A DNA stretch of 32,000 nt from Candidatus Altimarinota bacterium (GTDB lineage Bacteria; Patescibacteriota; Gracilibacteria; UBA1369): positions 1 through 32,000 of the forward strand of contig JBAZYK010000009.1 of NCBI GenBank assembly GCA_041659405.1, written 5' to 3'. Below the pieces are notes generated by a model. That model ran no database searches and was not told the origin of the DNA. It saw only the letters and a program-made list of their open reading frames with translations. The position numbers were made by a program, and so were the translations under genes. This document shows, piece after piece, positions 7,185 through 15,120 of the stretch (the stretch's first letter is position 1; each line of letters starts with the position of its first letter).

Positions 7185-8483
7185 CTATTTCCAGGCTTTA
7201 TCCTGCCGTACTAAAACCTCATCGGCTTTTTCCGGATTTTGCATGAGCGCTTTGATCAATTTTTCCAGACGCACATTGTTTTGTGAGCCTTTCACCAGCA
7301 TAATATCACCTTTTTGCAAAAAAGTTTGCAGATAATAAGCCGCCTCTTCCGAGTTTTGAAAGTGCCTTGAAAGACTTTCCGCTTTAGCCCCTGGCTTTAA
7401 TTGAGCCCCAGCTTCCACACCGTTTTTTTGAGCCGCATCAAAAATCCATTCAGCCTGATCCCCGATTGTAATTAAAATATCCGCCGTTTCACACGCCGCT
7501 TTTCCCACTTCGCGGTGATATTTTTCAGCATGAGCACCCAGTTCATTCATGCTGCCAAGCACAGCAATTTTTCTTGCCCCGGGGAAATCTTTCAAAACCA
7601 GCAGAGCCTCTTTCATGGCTTCCGGAGAGGCATTATAAGAACTATCAATAATAATTGCTCCATTTATTCCTTCGATTAAATTCATTCTTCCCGGGGGCAA
7701 TTGATAACTTTTTAAAGCCTCGCAGGCCTCTTCCAAAGTAAATCCCTGCGAAAGTGCCACTGCCAAAGCCGGCAAAACTACATAAATTTGAAATTTACCC
7801 GGCAAAGCCAATTCACATTCCTGAATCGCTTCTTTGAAAGAAATCGTAAAGCGAATGCCATTTGCGGTGTTATCCAGGCTCAAAACCTTTAAATCGGCAA
7901 TATCGGAAAATCCATAAAAAAGTTTTTTACATTTCAAATTGTTATATAGCGCAACAATGTAAGGATCATCCGCGTTCAAGATTGCAAAGCCCTTTTCCGG
8001 CAGCCGATTAATCAGTTTCCGTTTTTCCAAAAAAATATCTTCCAAATCTTTAAATTGTCCCGGCCCCAAATGAACAGGTTTAATGGCCGTCATTACACCA
8101 ATTTGCGGCTTCACCAGCTTAAGCAAAACATCCATATCCCCCGGCTTATCCACGCCCATTTCCAAAACCATCATTTGGATGTTGTGACCTCCCCAAAAAG
8201 CTTTCCCGAAACTCCGCAACAAGGTTTTAACCCAGCCCCAAGCCGATGAAAACCCCGATGATTGTTCTAAAATTGCCAACGGCAATCCAAATTCCGTATT
8301 ATAACTTTTTTCATTTCGTAAAACGTTATAACGTGTCTTCAATATGCTGTAAATTGCATCTTTAGTACTTGTTTTGCCAACCGAGCCGGTAACCCCTATA
8401 ATAAACGGGCGCAATCTTCTAATTCGAACGCAGGTCAAAAAATACAGAAGCCCAAAAACAAGTTTTTTAAAAGTTTTTTTCAT
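7185..8483 (-). CDS. murF: Mur ligase family protein, MurF-like (UDP-MurNAc-tripeptide--D-Ala-D-Ala ligase-like), lacking the usual N-terminal domain
   Basis: 432 aa. The P-loop GVTGSVGKTSTKD sits at about residue 31. Other MurF-like motifs are EMGVDKPGDMDVLLKLVKPQIGVMTAIKPVHL, DSSYNASPEAMKEAL, LGSMNELG and VKGSQNN. The N-terminus is a hydrophobic segment, not the ~100-aa domain 1 of E. coli MurF. Confidence 0.65.
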   Translation of the reverse strand: MKKTFKKLVFGLLYFLTCVRIRRLRPFIIGVTGSVGKTSTKDAIYSILKTRYNVLRNEKSYNTEFGLPLAILEQSSGFSSAWGWVKTLLRSFGKAFWGGHNIQMMVLEMGVDKPGDMDVLLKLVKPQIGVMTAIKPVHLGPGQFKDLEDIFLEKRKLINRLPEKGFAILNADDPYIVALYNNLKCKKLFYGFSDIADLKVLSLDNTANGIRFTISFKEAIQECELALPGKFQIYVVLPALAVALSQGFTLEEACEALKSYQLPPGRMNLIEGINGAIIIDSSYNASPEAMKEALLVLKDFPGARKIAVLGSMNELGAHAEKYHREVGKAACETADILITIGDQAEWIFDAAQKNGVEAGAQLKPGAKAESLSRHFQNSEEAAYYLQTFLQKGDIMLVKGSQNNVRLEKLIKALMQNPEKADEVLVRQDKAWK

Positions 8484-8616
8484 AAATAATTAAGCTCCAA
8501 ATCGGGTCAACTCATTCGACTTAGACAGGCCAAAAGATAGCAAAATAAAGCCAAAAGATCAAGCCTAAGGCCGGCGTCACACTTGCAAAAATAATCAATT
8601 TTTTAACCTTTAAATT

Positions 8617-9378
8617 ATGCAAATATCTGCATCTTCCGGGTCAAATTTATTCGGCGCAAAATTAATGTTAAGCGCAATCATCTTAAGCTCGTTCCTTTTG
8701 CAGGGCTGCAGCAACGGAGTAAAGGAAGTCAATCTGGGTTCAATAAACACTCCTCAACCTTCTCAAGCAAGCCTCACCTCCGAGCCAACTCCTAAAATTA
8801 TTCAAACCACTATTACCCAATATTCTTCCGATATGATCAAAAAATATCCACAGCTCGCCGCTCCTAAAAAAGGTGAAACAATCGCCATTATCGAGACCGA
8901 TTTAGGAACCATGAAAATGAAAATTTTCGACAAACAGGTTCCGGATCTGGCCAAAAATTTTACCGAACTCGCTAAAACCGGCAAATACACAAACGTTCCT
9001 TTTCATCGAGTGATCAAAGATTTCATGGTTCAAACCGGTGACTTCACTAACGGCAACGGAACCGGTGGTTACAGTTATAAAGGCCCGGGAAAAGAACTTC
9101 CAAACCAAATTGTTAAGGGAATTGTGCATCTTTATGGAACCGTTTCCATGGCTAAAACAAGCGCTCCGGTTTCAATCGGCAGCCAATTTTTCATTGTTAC
9201 CAACAAAGATGGTACGCCTTTTTTAGATGGAGGATACTCCCCTATTGGCCAAATTTATGAAGGAATGGAAGTTGCCATGGCAATCCAGGATTTACAAATC
9301 CCAGGCGCGGAAGCCCCAAGTCAGGTTGTAAACATCAAGAAAGTTACAATTTCAAAATACGATCCGGCTAAGCCATAA
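8617..9378 (+). CDS. Cyclophilin-type peptidyl-prolyl cis-trans isomerase, probable lipoprotein
   Basis: 253 aa. Lipobox LLQGCS follows a hydrophobic signal segment. Cyclophilin motifs are FHRVIKDFMVQTGD, GTVSMA and SQFFIV. Confidence 0.85.
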   Translation: MQISASSGSNLFGAKLMLSAIILSSFLLQGCSNGVKEVNLGSINTPQPSQASLTSEPTPKIIQTTITQYSSDMIKKYPQLAAPKKGETIAIIETDLGTMKMKIFDKQVPDLAKNFTELAKTGKYTNVPFHRVIKDFMVQTGDFTNGNGTGGYSYKGPGKELPNQIVKGIVHLYGTVSMAKTSAPVSIGSQFFIVTNKDGTPFLDGGYSPIGQIYEGMEVAMAIQDLQIPGAEAPSQVVNIKKVTISKYDPAKP

Positions 9379-9416
9379 TCGGCCCAAAATTTCCACGCGT
9401 TTCATCAGGTATTCTT

Positions 9417-9692
9417 ATGTTTAAAGAAGCCCATCTCAAAATTTTTGGCCGGGTCCAAGGCGTTTTCTATCGAGCGGAAGCTCAGGAAAAAGCGCAACAA
9501 CTCGGCCTTAAAGGTTGGGCTAAAAACGCCGCAGACAGCACTGTAGAAGTGCTTATTCAAGGTGCGGAAGCCTCATTACAGGAATTCATTGTTTGGTCCA
9601 AAAAAGGCCCGGAAATGGCCCATGTTACAGAAGTAAAAGTGGATTTCACAACTCTGCCGGCAAAACTGTACGACGAGTTCAGAATTTTTTAA
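9417..9692 (+). CDS. acyP: Acylphosphatase
   Basis: 91 aa. The acylphosphatase signature is IFGRVQGVFYR, followed by GWAKNAADSTVEVLIQG. Confidence 0.85.
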   Translation: MFKEAHLKIFGRVQGVFYRAEAQEKAQQLGLKGWAKNAADSTVEVLIQGAEASLQEFIVWSKKGPEMAHVTEVKVDFTTLPAKLYDEFRIF

Positions 9693-9781
9693 TCCGGCTT
9701 AGGTTTAATCCCATGGTCATACTGCGAAATATTTGTAGTAGGCTATTGTTTTGTATGGTTCAACGCTCACTGGTTTATCTA

Positions 9782-9924
9782 AGTTTTTGTAGGGAATGGC
9801 ATCCTGGCGACATTTGCGAGCGCAGCCGGTCGAGCATCATGATGCGAGACCTTCGCGGAGGCGTACATGTTAGCCGCAGCGAATTGGCGAAGCGTTCGCC
9901 AGGATGCCATTCCCTACAAAAACT
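9782..9924 (+). repeat. Conserved-core / variable-arm hairpin element, copy B
   Basis: Perfect 28-bp stem: 9783-9810 (GTTTTTGTAGGGAATGGCATCCTGGCGA) pairs with 9896-9923, plus A9782-T9924. The core 9811-9895 is homologous to copies A and C. The element lies between the convergent acyP and rplT genes. Confidence 0.85.
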
Positions 9925-9969
9925 CAACGCAAAAACAGGAACAGTTACACATTAACAAAGGTTGTTTAT

Positions 9970-10008
9970 TAAAAACAAAAAGCTGGAAGTAAATTAATAC
10001 TCCCAGCT
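9970..10008 (-). terminator. Rho-independent terminator of the infC-rpmI-rplT operon
   Basis: On the minus strand the stem is AGCTGGGAGTA-TTAATT-TACTTCCAGCT: an 11-bp stem with one G-U wobble that exists only in the minus-strand RNA. It is followed by TTTTTGTTTTT, about 35 nt downstream of the rplT stop. Confidence 0.65.
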
Positions 10009-10043
10009 CACATTCTAAATGCAATTCTCAATTCCGGGTGGAA

Positions 10044-10391
10044 TTAAGCTTTTACGATTTCCAGATATTTTGTGAAAACTTCCGGATTGTTTACAGCAAG
10101 TTCAGCCAAAATTTTGCGATCAATCTTGATTTTAGCCTTCAACAAGCCACTCATGAAACGGCTATAGTTCATTCCAGCTTCACGGCAAGCAGCATTGATG
10201 CGAGTAATCCACAAACTGCGGAAATCGCGACGACGAAGTTTGCGACCAACGTAGCTGTTTTGTCCAGCCTTGTGGGTGGCATTCTTTGCCCATTTTACTG
10301 TGCGATTTGCAAGGTTCTTATAACCTTTTGTACCCTTTAGAAGTTTTTTATGTCGGCGATGAGATGCAACGCCACGTTTTATACGAGTCAT
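10044..10391 (-). CDS. rplT: 50S ribosomal protein L20
   Basis: 115 aa. MTRIKRGVASHRRHKKLLKGTKGY...INRKILAELAV is a canonical L20 sequence. Confidence 0.95.
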   Translation of the reverse strand: MTRIKRGVASHRRHKKLLKGTKGYKNLANRTVKWAKNATHKAGQNSYVGRKLRRRDFRSLWITRINAACREAGMNYSRFMSGLLKAKIKIDRKILAELAVNNPEVFTKYLEIVKA

Positions 10392-10416
10392 GACAATTTT
10401 TTAATAAAGATTAAAT

Positions 10417-10611
10417 TTAGGCGTAAGGAAGGAGTCTACGGAAATTTCTCGTAGCTCTGAGAGTTAAAGGTTTACCATCTTTAAAAGCCTTTTTTTGGCG
10501 CTTTGATTTGTTGGTCAACAAATGTTTTTTACCGGACTTTTGAAAACGCATTTTGCCTGTTCCGCTTACCTTTACGCGTTTTTTGCTGGCACTGTGTGAT
10601 TTAAGTTTCAT
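10417..10611 (-). CDS. rpmI: 50S ribosomal protein L35
   Basis: 64 aa. MKLKSHSASKKRVKVSGTGK...HLLTNKS is a canonical L35 sequence. Confidence 0.95.
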   Translation of the reverse strand: MKLKSHSASKKRVKVSGTGKMRFQKSGKKHLLTNKSKRQKKAFKDGKPLTLRATRNFRRLLPYA

Positions 10612-10633
10612 GTTATTGGGTTTTGTGAATAAA

Positions 10634-11143
10634 TTATTTTAGTGGAGTTAAAACCATGAACATCGAGTTCCCCTGCTTCTTTGGTTGTTCTTCAACCTGC
10701 GCAATATCCTTCAAACCCTCTATAAAGTAAATCAATTTTTCTCTTCCAAGCTCCGAGTGAGAAGCTTCTCTCCCTTTAAAAACGAGAGTTACCTTCACGC
10801 TGTTTCTATCTTCCAGGAACCCACGTGCCTGGCGGACTTTAGTGTCCAAATCGTGCTTATCAATGCGCAGACTTAAGCGAAGACCCTTCATTTCCGCCTG
10901 TTTTTGCATTCGCTTATGCTTTTGTTCGATTTTGCGTTGTCGATATTGGTACTTCCCGAAATCAAGTATTTTGCAGACCGGAGGGTTAGCCATTGGCGCC
11001 ACCTCCACAAGGTCAAGTCCATGTTCCGTAGCTAATTGCAGGGCTTCTTCCAATGTTTTAAGGCCGAGCTGGTTATCCTCCTCGTCAATAAGGCGGACGT
11101 TTGGAACACGAATTTGCCTGTTTATACGTAGATGTTTGCTAAT
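10634..11143 (-). CDS. infC: Translation initiation factor IF-3, non-canonical ATT start
   Basis: The tracked ORF starts at a TTG (11053) that would remove the conserved N-domain. Reading the same frame upstream gives I-S-K-H-L-R-I-N-R-Q-I-R-V-P-N-V-R-L-I-D-E-E-D-N-Q-L-G-L-K-T-L-EEALQLA, a typical IF-3 N-terminus. That extension is bounded by an in-frame TAA at 11147-11149. No ATG/GTG/TTG is available, so ATT at 11141-11143 is the likely start (ATA at 11123-11125 is the alternative). Confidence 0.9.
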   Translation of the reverse strand: MSKHLRINRQIRVPNVRLIDEEDNQLGLKTLEEALQLATEHGLDLVEVAPMANPPVCKILDFGKYQYRQRKIEQKHKRMQKQAEMKGLRLSLRIDKHDLDTKVRQARGFLEDRNSVKVTLVFKGREASHSELGREKLIYFIEGLKDIAQVEEQPKKQGNSMFMVLTPLK

Positions 11144-11186
11144 ACTTTAGGAATAAATATCTAAAAATGCGCTAGAAGGCTTGAGG

Positions 11187-11215
11187 ATAATAAACAAATC
11201 GTGGTTTTTAGTCAA
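11187..11215 (-). promoter_or_regulatory. Sigma70-like promoter for the infC operon (TTGACT-N17-TATTAT)
   Basis: On the minus strand the -35 TTGACT is at 11215-11210 and the -10 TATTAT at 11192-11187, with an exact 17-nt spacer. The promoter lies about 40 nt upstream of the ATT start. Confidence 0.4.
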
Positions 11216-11279
11216 GATGTCCTTCGCAATTTCACTTTTTCGTTTTCAGTTAATCAGCAGCTCCCCCGGCCAAAACACC

Positions 11280-11307
11280 TGGACAATCAGTCAAAAATGC
11301 TTATAAT
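11280..11307 (+). promoter_or_regulatory. Possible promoter for dxr (TGGACA-N16-TATAAT)
   Basis: -35 TGGACA at 11280-11285 and -10 TATAAT at 11302-11307, 27 nt upstream of the dxr ATG. Confidence 0.3.
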
Positions 11308-11333
11308 AAAGCCACTTTGATCATTCTTTACAA

Positions 11334-12464
11334 ATGAAAAAAGGCATTACAGTTATTGGTTCAACTGGCTCACTTGGCCGGCAAACATTGGATGTTGTTC
11401 GCGCGAATCCGGCAAGATTTAAAGTTTTTGCGCTTGCTGCAAACAAAAACATCCAACTTCTAAAAAAGCAGCTCGAAGAATTTAACCCACAAATGGTTGT
11501 GGTTTTTTCCGCGAATGAAGCCAAAAAACTGCAAAAAGAGCTTCAACCAAAGCCGGACAACCGGGCTCGGAAAATCACTTCATCAAAAAAAATGTCTCAA
11601 GGAGTGGCATTATCCAAAATCCGCCCTCAAATTCTTTCAGGAGTTTCCGGACTTGAAAAAATTTCCACCCATAAAAGAGCCGACCAAATTGTTTTTGTGA
11701 GCAATGGTTTATCAGCGCTTTCTGCCCTATGTAAAGCCATAAAAGCGCACAAGCAAATTGCCATTGGGACAAAAGAATTAATCGTGGCCGAAGGCAAAAA
11801 AATCATGGCGCTTGCGCGTAAAAATAAAGTTCAAATTCTGCCGATCGATTCCGAACACTCGGCGATTTTTCAATGTCTTCAGGGGGAAAATCCCGCCAAT
11901 GTTGAAAAGGTAATTCTGACCTGTTCCGGCGGACCTTTTTATGGAATGTCAAAAGAAACCCTTGCCAACGTTACGCCTGCACAAGCCCTAAATCACCCCA
12001 CGTGGAAAATGGGTGCGAAAATTTCCGTGGATAGCGCGACCCTTATCAACAAAGGTTTCGAGAAAATTGAAGCCATGCATCTTTTCAATTTAAAAGAAAA
12101 TCAGGTCGAGATTTTGATCCACCCCGAAAGCGTAATCCATTCTTTTGTAGTATTTAAAGATGGCAGTATCAAGGCCCAAATGGCCACTCCGGATATGCGC
12201 CTGCCAATAAGTTATGCGCTCAGTTATCCGGATCGCCTGAAAAATAATTGGCCCAGTTTTGATTTTACTAAAATGCAAAAACTGACATTTTTAAAGCCGG
12301 ACTTTTCAATTTTAAAAGGCCCGGAACTGGTTTGCACACTCGCCCAAAAAGGACGCACCTCAGCCAAAAAACTCATTCAAGCCAACGAAAAAGCTGTTCA
12401 AAAATTTCTCAATAATGAAATCTCATTCCTGGAAATCTACAATGAAATTATGCAAATTAAATAA
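11334..12464 (+). CDS. dxr: 1-deoxy-D-xylulose 5-phosphate reductoisomerase
   Basis: 376 aa. Motifs: NADPH-binding ITVIGSTGSLGRQTLDVV, ILPIDSEHSAIFQCL, HPTWKMGAKISVDSATLINKG and IHPESVIHSFVVFKDGS. It carries a Lys/Ser-rich insertion (KPDNRARKITSSKKMSQ...) relative to E. coli Dxr. Confidence 0.9.
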   Translation: MKKGITVIGSTGSLGRQTLDVVRANPARFKVFALAANKNIQLLKKQLEEFNPQMVVVFSANEAKKLQKELQPKPDNRARKITSSKKMSQGVALSKIRPQILSGVSGLEKISTHKRADQIVFVSNGLSALSALCKAIKAHKQIAIGTKELIVAEGKKIMALARKNKVQILPIDSEHSAIFQCLQGENPANVEKVILTCSGGPFYGMSKETLANVTPAQALNHPTWKMGAKISVDSATLINKGFEKIEAMHLFNLKENQVEILIHPESVIHSFVVFKDGSIKAQMATPDMRLPISYALSYPDRLKNNWPSFDFTKMQKLTFLKPDFSILKGPELVCTLAQKGRTSAKKLIQANEKAVQKFLNNEISFLEIYNEIMQIK

Positions 12465-12470
12465 CGCTAC

Positions 12471-12809
12471 TTATGAATTTCCCTTTTCTGATTGCTCGGC
12501 CGCGATTTTTCCGGATCTTCCCGCATAATTTGGATCTTTTGCCATTTTAGCAAACTCATCCCTGACCATTGCCAGTTCGTCATAAATACCGCTAATTTCT
12601 GCTCTTTCATTATCACTCAACTTGTTAAAATCAAGCCCCAATAAATATTCGCGACTACCAAGAACAGCAAGTAAGTTCTGTATTTCCGCATGCCTCGGGG
12701 TATTTGATTCTACTGTTTCTCTAAGTGCCACCCCTATATTTTCCAGGTCATGGATTTCATCCATTATTATCCCTAGAACCTCTTCGGGGGGAAGTGTAAA
12801 ATCAACCAT
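12471..12809 (-). CDS. Hypothetical acidic helical protein
   Basis: 112-aa ORF that fills the dxr-ispDF gap on the opposite strand. I recognise no motif; it is called on ORF length and lack of a competing frame only. Confidence 0.35.
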   Translation of the reverse strand: MVDFTLPPEEVLGIIMDEIHDLENIGVALRETVESNTPRHAEIQNLLAVLGSREYLLGLDFNKLSDNERAEISGIYDELAMVRDEFAKMAKDPNYAGRSGKIAAEQSEKGNS

Positions 12810-12839
12810 ATTAAAATAATTAAATCACCAAATTATATC

Positions 12840-14126
12840 ATGAAACCTCAAGTAAAAGCCATCCTATTAGCTGCCGGCAAGTCTACACGATATGGGGGAA
12901 ATAAGCTTTTTTTGCCTGTACTGGGCAGTCCTCTTATCTATCACTCACTTTTGGCTATTCACGATTGCCCTGAAATTTCTGAAGTATTTATAGTTGCAAA
13001 TGCATCTGATTTCAAGCGGATTCAAAATCTGGTTAAAGAAAGCCACTTCCCCAAAGTAAGTAGATTATTGATCGGCGGCAAAACTCGTCAAGAATCAATG
13101 GTCAAAGGCCTTGGAGCCCTCTCGGTTAACCAAAATCCCCTTTCTAAAGAATCGACTACTGATGATATCATCCTGATCCACAACGCCGCCAATCCCCTTG
13201 TTACCGAAGCCGAAATTTTGGCTGTAATAAAGGCTGCGCAAAAATATGGTGGAGCCATTTGTGGTAAAAAAATTGTTGATACGGTAAAGGAAGTTGAAAA
13301 CGATTTTATTATTAAAACGCATAATCGTAATGATTTACGGGCTGCCCAAACTCCTCAGGCTTTTCAGTATGGGGTTTTGAAAAAGGCCATCTCTAAGGCA
13401 AAAAAGACCCACAAAGATTTTACCGATGAAGCTGGTATGGTTGAGGATTTTATCGCTGCAAAAAATTCCGCCTCCGCTAAAAATCTCGACTCACCAAAAA
13501 ACAATTTCAATCACTTCAAAATCAAATTCGTTTCTGCTTCCGAAAATAATTTCAAAATTACCACGCCTGCCGATTATGAGCGTCTAAAAGCCATTGTCGG
13601 CGACGCGCCTAAAGATTTTTTGGTCGGCATTGGGCAGGACAGCCATGAGTTTGAAAATTCAAATGACCGGCAAAGCCAAAGTCCACCAAAGCATAAGCAG
13701 AATTTAATTCTTGGTGGTTTTAACATCCCAAATGTACCAAAATTAAAAGCCGATTCCGATGGCGATGTGGTCATCCATGCGCTTTGTAATGCCATTTTAC
13801 AGGCTCTTGGCGAAAAATCCCTGGGCTATTTTGCAACGCCTTTGTTTAAAGAAAAAAATGTCACAGATAGCAGAAAATATTTGGCAAACGCTTTGGCCAA
13901 GGTTACTCAAAAAGGTTATATCCTCAACAATATTGGCCTGATGATTGAGGGCAGAAAGCCAAAAATGGACGAACTGAGTAGTCGGATCAGAACTTCTTTG
14001 GGCAAACTCGTAAATCTAAATCCCCAAAGAATTGGACTTACCGCAACCACCGGCAAAAACCTGACTGCGTTTGGAAAAGGCAAAGGACTCCAGTGTTTAG
14101 CAATTGTGTCACTTAAAAAAACTTAA
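12840..14126 (+). CDS. ispDF: Bifunctional IspD/IspF (MEP cytidylyltransferase / MEcPP synthase)
   Basis: 428 aa. The N-terminal IspD part has AILLAAGKSTRYGGNKLFL and AQTPQAF. The C-terminal IspF part has GIGQDSHEF, LILGGFNIP, SDGDVVIHALCNAILQALG and TATTGKNLTAFGKGKGL. Confidence 0.9.
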   Translation: MKPQVKAILLAAGKSTRYGGNKLFLPVLGSPLIYHSLLAIHDCPEISEVFIVANASDFKRIQNLVKESHFPKVSRLLIGGKTRQESMVKGLGALSVNQNPLSKESTTDDIILIHNAANPLVTEAEILAVIKAAQKYGGAICGKKIVDTVKEVENDFIIKTHNRNDLRAAQTPQAFQYGVLKKAISKAKKTHKDFTDEAGMVEDFIAAKNSASAKNLDSPKNNFNHFKIKFVSASENNFKITTPADYERLKAIVGDAPKDFLVGIGQDSHEFENSNDRQSQSPPKHKQNLILGGFNIPNVPKLKADSDGDVVIHALCNAILQALGEKSLGYFATPLFKEKNVTDSRKYLANALAKVTQKGYILNNIGLMIEGRKPKMDELSSRIRTSLGKLVNLNPQRIGLTATTGKNLTAFGKGKGLQCLAIVSLKKT

Positions 14127-14130
14127 AAAT

Positions 14131-15075
14131 ATGCAAAAAGGGTATCTAAAAATCAAAGCTTCGGCCAAAATAAATCTCACACTGGACGTGTTGGGAAAAG
14201 TTGAAAATGGATATCACCAAATCTCAACTATTTTTCAGGAAATTAATCTTTTTGACGAAATTATTTTTAAAAAACTTTCAACTCCGGGAATAAAATTAAT
14301 AATCAAAGGTCCGGAATCAGCCACGCTGAAATCCTCGCATGAGTTAGCCGAAAATTCAATTTTAAAAACCATCAAACTCCTTCAAGGAAAATATCCACAA
14401 CTTAAAAATATTGGCCTCAATATAACTCTCAAAAAAAACATTCCGGTTGCTGCAGGATTAGGCGGCGGTAGTAGCAACGCAGCCGCCACTTTAAAAGCCC
14501 TCAATCAGCTTTATCATTTAAAAATCACCAATCGCCAATTGCAAAACCTTGCAAGCAAGATCGGCATGGATGTCCCGTTTTTTATTATGGGCGGACTTGC
14601 TTCGGGTAGTCATTTTGGCGAAAAAATTTCTTCGATTTTCCCATCTTCAAACACGCACAAAGTAAATCTTTCTACTGCGAGTGGGGCGAGCTTCCTCAAA
14701 AATATTCTCATTCTTCTCCCAAAAAATGTGCAGAAAATTTCCACTCAAGATGTTTATCAGCAATTAGATGAAATCCCAAAACCACAAAACAAACAAAGCA
14801 CAAAAGCTCTACTTAAAGCCATAAAGTCACAAGGCCAAAACGCGAACTTAAAAGACATCACTCAATTTTTTTGCAATGATTTCAACCTTCTTTATCAAAA
14901 AAAATTTGCGTCATTGCAAAAAGAATTGTTCCAATTGGGAGCAACAAACGTACAACTTTGTGGCGCCGGCCCGGCTTTATACGCAGTTTTTTCTACTGAT
15001 GAAAAATTAAAAACCGCCTATCAAAAATTAAAACCAAAATCCAAAGTGTGGATGTCATCTGCTACTCAGCTTTAA
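14131..15075 (+). CDS. ispE: 4-diphosphocytidyl-2-C-methyl-D-erythritol kinase
   Basis: GHMP-kinase motifs: KINLTLDVLGK...GYHQISTIFQEI, IPVAAGLGGGSSNAAATLKALN and GAGPALYAVF. I prefer ATG 14131 (MQKGYLK...) over the tracked alternative start at 14104, which overlaps ispDF. Confidence 0.85.
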   Translation: MQKGYLKIKASAKINLTLDVLGKVENGYHQISTIFQEINLFDEIIFKKLSTPGIKLIIKGPESATLKSSHELAENSILKTIKLLQGKYPQLKNIGLNITLKKNIPVAAGLGGGSSNAAATLKALNQLYHLKITNRQLQNLASKIGMDVPFFIMGGLASGSHFGEKISSIFPSSNTHKVNLSTASGASFLKNILILLPKNVQKISTQDVYQQLDEIPKPQNKQSTKALLKAIKSQGQNANLKDITQFFCNDFNLLYQKKFASLQKELFQLGATNVQLCGAGPALYAVFSTDEKLKTAYQKLKPKSKVWMSSATQL

Positions 15076-15120
15076 AAAGCCCTTCACTTTTTCTAATTGG
15101 AACAAAAAACTTGGCGCGCC

